Below are positions 17,844 to 30,535 of a DNA stretch of 64,000 nucleotides, piece by piece. This DNA is from Alistipes sp. (GTDB lineage: Bacteria > Bacteroidota > Bacteroidia > Bacteroidales > Rikenellaceae): contig JAFLRT010000001.1 of assembly GCA_022511295.1 (NCBI GenBank), forward strand, positions 21,465 through 85,464, written 5' to 3'. Each line of letters opens with the position of its first letter. The stretch's first letter is position 1. Below the pieces are notes generated by a model. It did no database searches. It saw nothing but the letters and a program-made list of their open reading frames with translations, and was not told where the DNA came from. Made by a program: the position numbers and the translations under genes.

Positions 17844-20081
17844 CTACTCGCGGCGGCGGGGACGACGCTCGCGGTCGGAGTGGTCGCGGTCGCCGTGTTC
17901 ACGCGGTTTGCGCTCGCGAGGCTCACGCTCAACCCAACCTTCGGGTTTGGGCAGCAGCGCACGCTTCGATAACTTGTACTTGCCCGTCTTGGGGTCTACA
18001 CCGATGAGTTTTACATCGATGATATCGCCCTCGTGCAGACCGGTCTCCTCCATAGTCTCGAAACGCTTGTAGTCTATCTCCGAGATGTGGAGCAGCGCCT
18101 CTTTACCCGGAAGAATCTCTACAAAGGCACCGAAAGATACTATCGATGTTATCTTTCCGGTATATGTCTCGCCGACCTCAGGTACGGCAACAATGCCCTT
18201 GATGCGGTTGAGCGCTCCGTCGAGCGACTCTTTGTCCACACCGAAGATATCTACTATACCCTTGTTGTCCACCTCGGTTATGGTTATGGTCGTGCCTGTG
18301 GTCTTCTGTATATCCTGTATAACCTTGCCGCCCGGGCCTATAACAGCGCCAATCATATCCTGCGGAATGGTTATCTGCACGATGCGCGGCACGAAAGGCT
18401 TGTAATCCTCTCTCGGCTCGGCGATGCACTCGGTAATCTTGCCCAGGATGTGCATACGGCCCTGACGTGCCTGCTCGAGAGCCTTGGCCAGCACCTCGTA
18501 AGAAAGACCGTCCACCTTGATATCCATCTGCGTCGCGGTGATACCGTCCTTGGTACCCGTAACCTTGAAGTCCATATCTCCGAGGTGGTCTTCGTCGCCC
18601 AGAATATCGGACAGCACGGCCCATTTGCCTGTCTCGCTGTCGGTGATAAGACCCATAGCGATACCCGATACGGGCTTCTTCATCTTAACGCCGGCATCCA
18701 TAAGCGCTATGGTGCCTGCGCAGACGGTTGCCATCGACGACGAACCGTTCGACTCAAGGATATCCGACACGATACGTACTGCATAGGGATTCTCCTCGCC
18801 CAGCGGAATCATGGGTTTGAGGGCGCGCCATGCAAGGTGTCCGTGTCCTATTTCGCGGCGGCTGAGACCGCGCGAAGCCTTCGCCTCACCCGTAGAGAAG
18901 GGAGGGAAGTTGTAGTGCAGCACAAACTGCTCGGTACCCTGAACAAGCACCTCGTCGATAATCTTCTCGTCGAGTTTTGTTCCGAGTGTTACGGTAGCCA
19001 GCGCCTGTGTCTCACCGCGTGTGAAGAGCGCCGAACCGTGTGCGGCAGGCAGATAACCGGCCTCGCAGCAGATGGGGCGAATCTCGTCGGTGCGACGTCC
19101 GTCAAGACGCTTGCCTTCGTCGAGAATCATATTGCGCATGGCCTTCTTCTGCACGTCATCGTGGAAATATTTGTGGATAAGGGGAGCCTTCTCCACCAAC
19201 TCCTCCTCCGTGAAACGCGAAGCAAACTCTGCCTCCAAAGCGTTGAACATATCCTCGCGCTCGTGCTTCATGGTGCCGCTCGTGGCAATAGCGTAAGCCT
19301 TGTCGTAAAGTTCGGCGATGATTGTCTGACGCAGTTCCTCGTCGTTGTTCTCGTGGCAGTATGTGCGTTTTACATCCTTGCCAAGTTCCTTCGAGAGTTC
19401 AATCTGAACGGCGCAGTGCTTCTTTATCTCTTCGTGAGCGAACTTTATGGCGCCGAGCATAACCTCCTCCGACACCTCTTTCATCTCGCCCTCGACCATA
19501 AGGATATTGTCGATGGTACCGCCGACCATAATGTCGAGGTCCACATCCTTCATCTGCGAGTATGCGGGGTTGATTACATATTCACCGCCTATGCGAGCCA
19601 CGCGAACCTCGGAAATAGGACCGCCGAAAGGTATGTCCGATACGGCTAAAGCGGCCGATGCGGCCAGACCTGCCATTGCATCAGGCTGTATATCCTTGTC
19701 TGCCGAGATAAGCGTTACGGTTACATAGACCTCTGCGTGATAATCTGCCGGGAAGAGCGGGCGCAGCGCACGGTCTATAAGACGTGCCACCAGAATCTCA
19801 CTGTCGTTGGCTTTGCCTTCGCGCTTCATGAAACCGCCCGGGTAGCGGCCGCAAGCGGCATACTTCTCTTTGTATTCAACCTGCAGAGGCATGAAATCTG
19901 TTCCTTCCTTTGCATCCTTTGCGGCAACAACCGTTGCCAACAGCATCGTATCGCCCTGGCGAACGACTACCGAGCCGTCAGCCTGCTTGGCGAGTTTGCC
20001 GGTCTCAATCGTAATCTCGCGACCGTCGCCGAGTACGATTGTCTTTTGTACCGGATGGTACAACTTGTTTTCTTCCATCAT
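17844..20081 (-). CDS. pnp: Polyribonucleotide nucleotidyltransferase (PNPase)
   Basis: [41 protein letters not shown] and S1 domains. Confidence 0.97.
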   Translation of the reverse strand: MMEENKLYHPVQKTIVLGDGREITIETGKLAKQADGSVVVRQGDTMLLATVVAAKDAKEGTDFMPLQVEYKEKYAACGRYPGGFMKREGKANDSEILVARLIDRALRPLFPADYHAEVYVTVTLISADKDIQPDAMAGLAASAALAVSDIPFGGPISEVRVARIGGEYVINPAYSQMKDVDLDIMVGGTIDNILMVEGEMKEVSEEVMLGAIKFAHEEIKKHCAVQIELSKELGKDVKRTYCHENNDEELRQTIIAELYDKAYAIATSGTMKHEREDMFNALEAEFASRFTEEELVEKAPLIHKYFHDDVQKKAMRNMILDEGKRLDGRRTDEIRPICCEAGYLPAAHGSALFTRGETQALATVTLGTKLDEKIIDEVLVQGTEQFVLHYNFPPFSTGEAKASRGLSRREIGHGHLAWRALKPMIPLGEENPYAVRIVSDILESNGSSSMATVCAGTIALMDAGVKMKKPVSGIAMGLITDSETGKWAVLSDILGDEDHLGDMDFKVTGTKDGITATQMDIKVDGLSYEVLAKALEQARQGRMHILGKITECIAEPREDYKPFVPRIVQITIPQDMIGAVIGPGGKVIQDIQKTTGTTITITEVDNKGIVDIFGVDKESLDGALNRIKGIVAVPEVGETYTGKITSIVSFGAFVEILPGKEALLHISEIDYKRFETMEETGLHEGDIIDVKLIGVDPKTGKYKLSKRALLPKPEGWVEREPRERKPREHGDRDHSDRERRPRRRE

Positions 20082-20115
20082 AATATTTTCGTCCGAATAT
20101 AAAAGTGTCTATACA

Positions 20116-20155
20116 TAAAATAATGCAGGCAAACCCTTTTGGGAGTGCCTGCATT
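20116..20155 (-). terminator. Stem-loop/terminator between rpsO and pnp
   Basis: AATGCAGGCA/TGCCTGCATT stem followed on the minus strand by ATTTTAT. Confidence 0.7.
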
Positions 20156-20166
20156 GCTCTCTGCGT

Positions 20167-20439
20167 CTATTTACGCAGGTTGAGAGTCTTGACTATCGCA
20201 CGATAGCGCTCGATGTCGATTCTCTTGAGGTACTCAAGCAGCTGACGACGCTTGCCGACCAGACGCAGCAGTGCGCGCTGTGTGCCGAAGTCATGTCTGT
20301 TGCTCTTGAGGTGTTCCGTAAGGTGGCTGATACGGTACGAAAACAACGCGATTTGGCTCTCGGGAGAACCGGTATCGGTGTTAGACTTTCCGTACTTGCC
20401 GAAAAGCTCCTGCTTTTTCTCTGCTGTTAAGTAAGCCAT
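20167..20439 (-). CDS. rpsO: 30S ribosomal protein S15
   Basis: DTGSPESQIAL, HLTEHL, LVGKRRQLLEYL, LNLRK; upstream of pnp. Confidence 0.97.
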   Translation of the reverse strand: MAYLTAEKKQELFGKYGKSNTDTGSPESQIALFSYRISHLTEHLKSNRHDFGTQRALLRLVGKRRQLLEYLKRIDIERYRAIVKTLNLRK

Positions 20440-20462
20440 TGTTTAATAAATTTTATTAAGTT

Positions 20463-20517
20463 CCACTTCACGACGTATTCTCCTTACCGAATCACGCCGA
20501 AGCGTGGCGCAAAGGTA
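20463..20517 (-). promoter_or_regulatory. rpsO -7 box (TACCTTTG, 20510-20517) and structured 5' leader
   Basis: Leader folds into a long irregular hairpin (CTTC/GAAG, GGCGT/ACGTC, ATTC/GAAT, closed by CCA/TGG). Confidence 0.55.
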
Positions 20518-20617
20518 TAAAATTATTTCTGAAAAAGAGTGTGTTCACTCAATTATTTTTGATGTTTGCCCGCGTACGTATGTTTTTGTATATTTGCGGT
20601 TGCCAAAACTCTGTTTT

Positions 20618-21613
20618 ATGAAAAGATTTTCAACGCTTGCAGTGATTTCGGTTCTTCTGTGCATATCCTGCACGGGAACGAAAAAATATGTTACGGCCGA
20701 CGGCATGATGATAGGTACCACATTCCACATCTGCGCCGAACTTGACGGCGTATCTTCAGCCGATATCCGGGCGGTTATGATGCATACGGACTCTGTGGCG
20801 AGAGCCTCCTACTCCATCTTCGACGAGGGGTCGCTCCTGAGCCGTATAAACCGCAACGAGACCGACTCGCTGGATGAGCATCTGATGCGCAACTTCGCCG
20901 TTGCAGATGATGTATGGGCAATATCGGGCGGCCGCTACGATATTACGGTCAAACCTCTCACCGAGGCATGGGGTTTTGCCGCCGGCAGGGGAGAGAGCAA
21001 CCCCGATACCGATTCGCTGCTGCTCTTTGTCGGGCGGGACAAGTGGCATCTGGAGAACGGATGTGTGGTAAAGAGCGATGAGCGCGTGCAGTTTGACCTG
21101 AACTCCATTGCCAAGGGTTATACGGTTGATATGGCGGCGCTTGCGCTTGAGCGTATGGGGGCTGAAAACTATATAGTCGAGATAGGCGGCGAAGTGCGTT
21201 GTCGCGGCGTGAATCCGTCGGGCAGACCCTGGCGCGTAGGTGTCGATACGCCATACGAGGGCAATATGTCGCCCGGAGAGAGTATGTGCGGAACAGTATC
21301 TCTTCAGGACCGTGCTTTGGCGACGTCGGGAAACTACCGTCGTTTCCATATCGACGCTGACGGACGCAGGATTGTCCATACCATAGACCCTCGTACCGGA
21401 CACGGAGCCGTTTCGCGTCTGTTGTCGGCTACGGTTGCCGCTGCGGATTGTACGACGGCCGATGCGCTGGCTACGATGTTTATGGTTGTGGGTGATGAGG
21501 AGGCTGTGCGTTTGGCCGTCTCCATGCGCGATTCGGTGCAGGTCTTCTTCGTCCTGGCGCCCGGTGAAGGCACGGATGAGGAGTATGAAATTTTCAGCAC
21601 TATGGAGGAGTAA
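20618..21613 (+). CDS. apbE: FAD:protein FMN transferase ApbE (lipoprotein)
   Basis: Lipobox CISC; YDITVKPL, DLNSIAKGYTVD, EIGGE, ATSGNY, HTIDPRTG, ADALAT; TATATTTG box at 20589-20596. Confidence 0.92.
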   Translation: MKRFSTLAVISVLLCISCTGTKKYVTADGMMIGTTFHICAELDGVSSADIRAVMMHTDSVARASYSIFDEGSLLSRINRNETDSLDEHLMRNFAVADDVWAISGGRYDITVKPLTEAWGFAAGRGESNPDTDSLLLFVGRDKWHLENGCVVKSDERVQFDLNSIAKGYTVDMAALALERMGAENYIVEIGGEVRCRGVNPSGRPWRVGVDTPYEGNMSPGESMCGTVSLQDRALATSGNYRRFHIDADGRRIVHTIDPRTGHGAVSRLLSATVAAADCTTADALATMFMVVGDEEAVRLAVSMRDSVQVFFVLAPGEGTDEEYEIFSTMEE

Positions 21614-21618
21614 AAACT

Positions 21619-23950
<2,332 letters not shown>

Positions 23951-23952
23951 TT

Positions 23953-23970
23953 AAGGTAATGATGCCAAAA
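23953..23970. repeat. Dispersed repeat copy 4 (isolated end module)
   Basis: AAGGTAATGATGCCAAAA identical to 349-366, 10 nt downstream of the queA stop. Confidence 0.85.
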
Positions 23971-23980
23971 CCTGTGTAAA

Positions 23981-25186
23981 TCAGCGCATCAACAGCGATG
24001 AGTCGCCGTAAGAGAGGAAACGGAAACCGTTGTCGAGAGCATAGGCGTAGATACGCCGCCACTCATCGCCTATGTATGCCGATATCAGGAGCAGAAGCGT
24101 GGATTCGGGCTGGTGAAAATTGGTTATGATGTTATTAACGATGCGGAACTCGAATCCCGTCGGGGTAATCATTATGCGTGTCGAGGCCTTGAGATGTTCT
24201 GTATTGTTCCTCTCCATATAAGATATAAGGTCGTCAAGAGCATCGCCTCCGCTGTAGTCATGAGGTATTTCGTATGGCTCCCATTGTCCTACGGGGCTGC
24301 CTGTAATATCCTCTCCGCGACGTATGCGCCAGCCGAGGGCTGGCAGAGACTCGAGAGTACGCACCGAGGTGGTGCCGACGGCGGTTATCGAACCCAGATG
24401 CTCGCGCAGATTGCGCAGCGATGACAGCGCGACGTCGAAATGCTCGGTATGCATGGGATGCAGCGCGGCGTTCTGCTCCTTTACGGGCAGGAAGGTGCCT
24501 GCGCCGACGTGAAGCGTAACCTCCTCGAAGAGAAAACCTCTGTCACGCAGCGACCCGATAAGGGCGTCGGTGAAGTGCAGTCCTGCCGTAGGTGCCGCAA
24601 CCGAACCCTCGAACTTTGAATATACGGTCTGATAGCGCGTATTGTCGCTCTCCTCGCTCTCGCGGTTGAGGTAGGGGGGTATTGGTATGCGTCCGAGGTA
24701 TTCGAGCAGTTGCCCGAAGGTCATGTCGGCATTCCACGAGAAACGGACAATATGCTCTCTCGAACCGCGCTCTGCTATCTCGGCGCGAAGTTGCGCCGCC
24801 TGCCCGTTGTATTCGAAGTCGATATTGACAAATCCCTCTTTCCACTTTTTGAGATTGCCTACGATGCAACTCCAGCAGCACTCTCCTCTGACCGCAAAAG
24901 CGCGTTCATAGTCGGCAGGCGTATGCGGCTCAAGACAGAAGACCTCGATGCGCGCACCCGATGCCTTATGCATTATAAGCCGTGCGCGCACGACTTTGGT
25001 ATTGTTGAATACCAACAGCGATTTTTGCGGCAACTGCTCTGCAAGGTCGCTGAATGTGGTATGAGATATCTCTCCCTTGCGATATACGAGCAGTTTGGAT
25101 GCGCTGCGGTCCTCGAGCGGGAACTTCGCTATACGCTCGTCGGGCAGGTCGTAACGGTAATCTCCTATGTCGATATGACGCTCCAT
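23981..25186 (-). CDS. queA: S-adenosylmethionine:tRNA ribosyltransferase-isomerase
   Basis: YDLPDERIA, VFNNTKV, PIPPYL, YQTVYS, AAPTAGLHF, LHVGAGTF, TNFHQP, FLSYGD. Confidence 0.95.
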   Translation of the reverse strand: MERHIDIGDYRYDLPDERIAKFPLEDRSASKLLVYRKGEISHTTFSDLAEQLPQKSLLVFNNTKVVRARLIMHKASGARIEVFCLEPHTPADYERAFAVRGECCWSCIVGNLKKWKEGFVNIDFEYNGQAAQLRAEIAERGSREHIVRFSWNADMTFGQLLEYLGRIPIPPYLNRESEESDNTRYQTVYSKFEGSVAAPTAGLHFTDALIGSLRDRGFLFEEVTLHVGAGTFLPVKEQNAALHPMHTEHFDVALSSLRNLREHLGSITAVGTTSVRTLESLPALGWRIRRGEDITGSPVGQWEPYEIPHDYSGGDALDDLISYMERNNTEHLKASTRIMITPTGFEFRIVNNIITNFHQPESTLLLLISAYIGDEWRRIYAYALDNGFRFLSYGDSSLLMR

Positions 25187-25233
25187 AACCGCCGCAAAGG
25201 TAAGAAATATTTTTTGTAAATATGACTCTCGGA

Positions 25234-27267
25234 TTACTCGACGCGCGCGTATACTTGCGCCGTCCTCGCGCTGCTGTATACCTGCATAAAGTGGCACAGA
25301 CCCTCATCGGTGGTGCAGGGGTAGGAGAAATGCTCCACGCTCATGTTGTCGCGTCCCTGACCGCCGTAAGTCTCATCGTCGGTCGAGAGGATAAGCCTGT
25401 ACTTGCCCGCCTCTCTTACACGAACGGCATAGTCGGGCAGCGACTGCCCGGTGTGCCAGTTGAAGACAAACAGAAGACCTCCGCGCTCGAAGACAAGCGT
25501 CTTGCGCTCCTCGTCCATCTGCAAAAGATAGGGATAGAACTCGTGCAGCACTCCATTTCTGCGCAGAAGGGCTGTCATAGCCTTGTCGAAGGCTCCAAGT
25601 TGCGAATATTTGAGAAATCCGTTGTCGGCAAGCGACCACAGGCGGCGGGCATGGGCATAACTCCAGCCGTTGCCCTCTCTCGGAAAATCTATCCACTCGG
25701 GGTGGCCGAACTCGTTGCCCATAAAGTTGAGATAGGCGTTGCCGCCGGCGGCTGCCGTCATCAGACGTATCATCTTATGCAGCGCCATGCCTCGGTCTAC
25801 GACAATATTGTGAACCGAACGGTCCATTGAAAAGTACATCTCCTTGTCCATCAGCCGGAAAGCGATTGTCTTGTCGCCCACGAGCGCCTGGTCGTGCGAC
25901 TCGGCATATGCGACGGTCCTGACGTCAGGCAGACGCTCTGTCATCACACTCCATATCTCTCCAATGCTCCACTGCTCGTCGGGTACATCTTTCAGCAGGC
26001 GTATCCAGAAGTCGGGTATGGCCATACCCAGACGGTAGTCGAACCCTGCGCCGCCATCCTCGACAGGAGAACACAAGGCAGGCATACCGCTAACATCCTC
26101 GGCTATGGTCAGCGCCGAGGGGTTGAGGTCATGTATAAGACGGTTGGCGAGCGTAAGATAGGCTATGGCATCCTCGTCCGCACCGCTGCCGAAGAAATCC
26201 TCACGCGAGGACATCGGTCCGTAGCCGTGATGATGCCATATCATAGAAGTTACACCGTCAAAACGGAACCCGTCGAAACGGTATTCATCCATCCAGTACT
26301 TTATGTTCGAGAGCAGAAAGTGCCGCACCTGCTGCTTCCCGTAGTCGAATATCCGCGAATCCCATTGTCGATGATAGCCTGCATCGCCCTCCTTGGAGTA
26401 GAGGTGGTCGCTGCCGTCGAGACGGTATATGCCCTCGTTCTCATTCTTGACGTAGTGGGCGTGTACCAAATCCATAATGACGGCGATACCCATCGTGTGA
26501 GCCTTGTTTATAAGGTATTTCAACTCCTCGGGCGTGCCGAAACGCGACGAGGGTGCGAAGAGGCTCGATACGTGATAACCGAATGAGCCGTAATAGGGAT
26601 GTTCGGCGACAGCCATAAGTTGCACGGCGTTGTAGCCGTCGTCTTTAACCCTCGGCAGAATGTTGTCGGCAAACTCGACGTAGGTGCCTACGCCCTCTCT
26701 CTCCTGTGCCATGCCGACGTGCGCCTCATATATAAAAACACCCTCTTTGAGCGCCTCGGAGGCATCGAACGAACTCCATACAAATGGTTTTTCGGTGAGG
26801 AACTGCGCAGTAAAGTTCTTTGTATCATCATCCTGCACGACACGACGCGCATAGGCGGGTATGCGGTCGCGCCAGCCGTTGTCTCCGTGAACGTGTATTT
26901 TGTACAGCGAGCCGTCCGTAAGGCGGTCGGCATACATGGCGTCAGGCAGGAAAATGCTCCACACGCCGTCGCAACCCTTGTCAAGGCGCAGTTGTGTGCG
27001 CTGCCAGTTGTTGAAGTCGCCGAAGATGTAGACATCGTGCGCCTCTGGCAGCCACTCTCTGAACCACCATCCCTGCAAGTCGTCATCCCTCTGCCAACCG
27101 AACCAGCGATAGCCGTTGGCATAGTCCGCAAGCGACCCTGAAGCCTTTTCAGCCTCGGCGAGCAGTGCGAGATAACGGTTGTGTCGGCGTGCGAGAACGT
27201 CGGACACCGGTTTCAGCCACTCATCACGCTCGACTACCCGTAATAGTTCATTCGTTCGCTCTGACAT
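25234..27267 (-). CDS. glgB: 1,4-alpha-glycan branching enzyme (GH13)
   Basis: IYEAHVGM, HPYYGSFGYHV, FDGFRFDGVTSM, IAEDVSG, YAESHDQAL, FMGNEFGHPEWIDFPR; true start MSERTN at 27267. Confidence 0.93.
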   Translation of the reverse strand: MSERTNELLRVVERDEWLKPVSDVLARRHNRYLALLAEAEKASGSLADYANGYRWFGWQRDDDLQGWWFREWLPEAHDVYIFGDFNNWQRTQLRLDKGCDGVWSIFLPDAMYADRLTDGSLYKIHVHGDNGWRDRIPAYARRVVQDDDTKNFTAQFLTEKPFVWSSFDASEALKEGVFIYEAHVGMAQEREGVGTYVEFADNILPRVKDDGYNAVQLMAVAEHPYYGSFGYHVSSLFAPSSRFGTPEELKYLINKAHTMGIAVIMDLVHAHYVKNENEGIYRLDGSDHLYSKEGDAGYHRQWDSRIFDYGKQQVRHFLLSNIKYWMDEYRFDGFRFDGVTSMIWHHHGYGPMSSREDFFGSGADEDAIAYLTLANRLIHDLNPSALTIAEDVSGMPALCSPVEDGGAGFDYRLGMAIPDFWIRLLKDVPDEQWSIGEIWSVMTERLPDVRTVAYAESHDQALVGDKTIAFRLMDKEMYFSMDRSVHNIVVDRGMALHKMIRLMTAAAGGNAYLNFMGNEFGHPEWIDFPREGNGWSYAHARRLWSLADNGFLKYSQLGAFDKAMTALLRRNGVLHEFYPYLLQMDEERKTLVFERGGLLFVFNWHTGQSLPDYAVRVREAGKYRLILSTDDETYGGQGRDNMSVEHFSYPCTTDEGLCHFMQVYSSARTAQVYARVE

Positions 27268-27351
27268 AAAGTGTTTTGCATTTGATTCCGAAAAATACGA
27301 AATTTTTCGTATATTTGCACATAAAATATAAAAATTAAACTCTAAACTGCT

Positions 27352-29304
27352 ATGTTCAAAGGACAACCCAAAGGTCTGTATGCCCTTGCCCTTGCCAACA
27401 CCGGCGAGCGCTTCGGATACTATACCATGCTCGCAGTCTTTGTCTTTTTTCTGCGTGCTAATTTCGGACTCGACGCCGGCGTTGCCGGTCTGATTTACAG
27501 CGGCTTTCTCGGTCTGGTCTACTTTCTGCCAATCTTCGGCGGCATGATGGCCGACAAGTTCGGCTTCGGCAAGATGGTAACCATCGGTATCATTATTATG
27601 TTCCTCGGATACTTCCTGCTGTCCATTCCGCTCGGCGGCGGCGGTCTCGCATTGACCGTGATGCTTATGTCGCTGCTTCTGATAAGTTTCGGAACGGGTA
27701 TGTTCAAGGGTAACCTCCAGGTTATGGTCGGCGACCTCTACAACGACCCTCGCTATGCAGCCAAACGCGATTCGGGCTTCTCGCTCTTCTATATGGCAAT
27801 CAATATAGGCGCTCTTTTCGCACCTTCGGCTGCTGTCGGAATCAAAAAATGGGCCGAAGAGAGCCTCGGATTTGCGGGTAATGACGCATACCACTTCTCA
27901 TTTGCCGTAGCGTGCCTTTCGCTTATAGTATCCATATTGATATACTACATCTTCCGCCGCACCTTCCGCCACGTTGAGGGAGGTACGCGCAAGAGTGCCG
28001 AAGCCGAGACGGCAGCGGAACTCTCGCCTTCGGAGACAAGAAGCCGTATCGTGGCCCTCGTACTCGTTATGGCGGTGGTGATATTCTTCTGGATGGCATT
28101 CCACCAGAACGGACTTACGCTTAATTATTTCGCCAATGAGTTCACGCAGCGAAGCACGGAGGGTGTTGCAAGTATGCCTTTCAATGTCTGGAATCTCGTT
28201 GCGGTGATAGCTATCGTCTACGCTCTTTTCTCTATCCCGGGCAGCTCGGCAAAGAACAAAGGCATATGCTGCGGAGTCGTTGCTCTCGCGTCGGCATTCA
28301 TATTCTGGCAGTACACGCGTCTGCACGGCAGCATCGAACTCAGCGCACCTATTTTCCAGCAGTTCAATCCCTTCTACGTCGTGGCGCTGACACCAGTGTC
28401 GATGGCTATATTTGCATCCTTGGCCAAGAGAGGCAAAGAGCCTTCGGCACCGCGCAAGATTGCATACGGTATGCTTGTGGCTGCTGTGGCTTTCGGTGTT
28501 ATGGCCTTTGCTTCAAAAGACCTCAATACGCCTAACCGACAGGAGATTTTACGCGAGAATGCAGGTGTGAATGCCGCTGATGCAAAGTACAGGGGCGAAC
28601 TTGCGGATTTGCGTGCGGAACTGGAGCAGAATAAGATAACATCGTTGCAGTATGACAGCGAGGTTGCCCGCATACGAACCGCCGTAGACTCTGTGGCTCA
28701 AGTATATATCCCCCAGGAGGATAAAGACAGAAAAGCGTGGAAAGACAACGATGAGACAGTAGTGAATTACAGAGCCAAGATTGAGCTTCTGCGCAGTGAT
28801 GTGCAGTCGCTTGCCGAATCACTCGGACAGGATAGGGTGTCGGACGACGTATCCGCTCCCGTTGTTGCACCGGAGGGTGAGACAGAGGTTCTGTCTGCCG
28901 ACGCTGAAACAAGTGTCGTAATCGAAACTCAGGTCGGCGATACGCAGTCATCGGCTGATGCAGCGGAGGAGCAGGCGATTGCAGAGGCTGCCGGCGAGAC
29001 ACTTGTATCTCCATACTGGCTTATAATGGTATATCTTATACTGACCTTCGGCGAACTGCTGCTCTCACCGATGGGAATATCGTTCGTGTCGAAGGTTGCA
29101 CCTCCCAAATACAAGGGTATGATGATGGGTCTGTGGTTCGCCGCTACGGCCATAGGCAACTTCCTCGTGCAGGTAGGCGGACACCTGTGGGGCGGATTGC
29201 CGTTGTGGGTCGTATGGGGTGTATTCCTCGTGCTGTGCGTCATCTCGGCACTCATTATGTTCTCTATGATGAAGCGCCTCGAAGCGGCAACGAACAACGC
29301 ATAA
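27352..29304 (+). CDS. POT/PTR family proton-dependent peptide transporter with large loop insertion
   Basis: ERFGYY motif, FYMAINIGA, QFNP, ELLLSPMGISFVSKVAP; TATATTTG box at 27310-27317. Confidence 0.92.
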   Translation: MFKGQPKGLYALALANTGERFGYYTMLAVFVFFLRANFGLDAGVAGLIYSGFLGLVYFLPIFGGMMADKFGFGKMVTIGIIIMFLGYFLLSIPLGGGGLALTVMLMSLLLISFGTGMFKGNLQVMVGDLYNDPRYAAKRDSGFSLFYMAINIGALFAPSAAVGIKKWAEESLGFAGNDAYHFSFAVACLSLIVSILIYYIFRRTFRHVEGGTRKSAEAETAAELSPSETRSRIVALVLVMAVVIFFWMAFHQNGLTLNYFANEFTQRSTEGVASMPFNVWNLVAVIAIVYALFSIPGSSAKNKGICCGVVALASAFIFWQYTRLHGSIELSAPIFQQFNPFYVVALTPVSMAIFASLAKRGKEPSAPRKIAYGMLVAAVAFGVMAFASKDLNTPNRQEILRENAGVNAADAKYRGELADLRAELEQNKITSLQYDSEVARIRTAVDSVAQVYIPQEDKDRKAWKDNDETVVNYRAKIELLRSDVQSLAESLGQDRVSDDVSAPVVAPEGETEVLSADAETSVVIETQVGDTQSSADAAEEQAIAEAAGETLVSPYWLIMVYLILTFGELLLSPMGISFVSKVAPPKYKGMMMGLWFAATAIGNFLVQVGGHLWGGLPLWVVWGVFLVLCVISALIMFSMMKRLEAATNNA

Positions 29305-29347
29305 TGAACATATATAAATAGATAATAGAGAGCGTATATTTATTATT

Positions 29348-29377
29348 AAGCCGCCCTGCAACGAGGGCGGCTTTTTT
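29348..29377 (+). terminator. Intrinsic terminator after POT transporter
   Basis: AAGCCGCCCT/AGGGCGGCTT stem plus T-run. Confidence 0.85.
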
Positions 29378-29392
29378 GTATCATTTTTTTTT

Positions 29393-29431
29393 GCCGCGCC
29401 ATACCCCCACCTTGGGGCGCGGCGGCACCTC
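29393..29431. repeat. Dispersed repeat copy 5 (diverged GC hairpin plus GCACCTC half-site)
   Basis: GCCGCGCC/GGCGCGGC stem followed by GGCACCTC; resembles 44395-44412 and the reverse complement of 3125-3142. Confidence 0.55.
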
Positions 29432-29469
29432 GTTAAAAGCCATTCGGCTTTTTTCGTTACGCTTGGCAC

Positions 29470-29500
29470 AAAAAAAGGAGAGGCTTTTGCCTCCCCTCCC
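29470..29500 (-). terminator. Intrinsic terminator after sigma factor/small ORF
   Basis: Minus strand GGGGAGGC-AAAA-GCCTCTCC followed by T7. Confidence 0.8.
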
Positions 29501-29518
29501 CTTAAAGATTAACTTTCG

Positions 29519-29656
29519 TCAGCATCGAAGCGTCTCGCCGAGAATCGCATCGAGGAAAAACAGTTCGTGGTCTCCTCTGATAACTTCGCTCAACATCAAC
29601 TCTTCATCATCGGCTGACAGTAATGCTTTCTCACAGAAATCGCAGTTTTCATCCAT
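29519..29656 (-). CDS. Small acidic protein (45 aa) downstream of ECF sigma, absent from ORF track
   Basis: MDENCDFCEKALLSADDEELMLSEVIRGDHELFFLDAILGETLRC; lies between the sigma stop and a terminator. Confidence 0.6.
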   Translation of the reverse strand: MDENCDFCEKALLSADDEELMLSEVIRGDHELFFLDAILGETLRC

Positions 29657-29721
29657 AGGCAGATTCGTTTTTTTGTTCGCACTCTTAAAACGGCTGCCCG
29701 GGATACTTTATTGTGCTGCGG

Positions 29722-30306
29722 CTAACATAAAGCCGCATTTTCTTCCTTTATCATCTTTCGGAGGTTGATAAGAGCGTATCTCATACGACCTAAAGCGGTG
29801 TTTATACCCACTCCGGTCTGCTCTGCTATCTCTTTGAACGACAGGTTGCTGTAATATCTGAGTTTAACCACTTGCCGCTGTTCTTCGGGCAGTCGTTCTA
29901 TGAGAGTTCGCAACTGGCTCTCGGTCTGCTCCATTGCGATATGGTCTTCGACTGTAGGCTCTGCGAAACGCATCGTTCCCAGAATGTCGTAACCGGCATC
30001 GGACTCATTCACCTGGCGTATCTGTTTGCGCGCCCTGAAATAGTCTATAACCTGATTGTGGGCTATACGCAATATCCATGACAAAAATTTGCCGTTGTCG
30101 GAGTATCGACCCTCGTCGATAGTACGCACCGCTTTGATAAAGGTTTCCTGAAATATATCATCGGCAACGTCGTTGTCTTTGACCATCATTCGGATATAGT
30201 CCCGAACACGTCGGCTGTGGCGTTCGATGAGTTGGGAAATGGCACTCTTGTTGCCCTGCAGATATCTGCTAAGCAATACCTGATCACTCAATACTTGAAC
30301 GTTCAT
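29722..30306 (-). CDS. ECF-type sigma-70 factor
   Basis: DDIFQETFIK, WILRIAHN region 2; LPEEQRQV...SFKEIAE...INTALGRMRYAL region 4. Confidence 0.93.
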   Translation of the reverse strand: MNVQVLSDQVLLSRYLQGNKSAISQLIERHSRRVRDYIRMMVKDNDVADDIFQETFIKAVRTIDEGRYSDNGKFLSWILRIAHNQVIDYFRARKQIRQVNESDAGYDILGTMRFAEPTVEDHIAMEQTESQLRTLIERLPEEQRQVVKLRYYSNLSFKEIAEQTGVGINTALGRMRYALINLRKMIKEENAALC

Positions 30307-30535
30307 ACTCTTTTACTGTTGAAAATGTTAAAGAGCAGAAAATGTTTCGATAGGCGAACAGTTTTAAGTGTTAATATTAAGTATTCTGACTGCAAGATAC
30401 GAACTTATTTCCAAAAAAACAAATACCGCATACAGGCAGTCTTGTACGAAAAAGAGGCAAAATGTGTGCCATATCGGCCCGCAAGCCGCGCAATACGGCA
30501 TTTTGCAGATAATAATTGTCGATATTTGCCGATTT

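Noticed and set aside
18033-19649. 538-aa antisense ORF
   Set aside because: Shadow of pnp caused by codon bias
27268-27894. 209-aa N-terminal extension of glgB in the ORF track
   Set aside because: Antisense to the POT gene and crosses the AT-rich promoter region; real start is 27267
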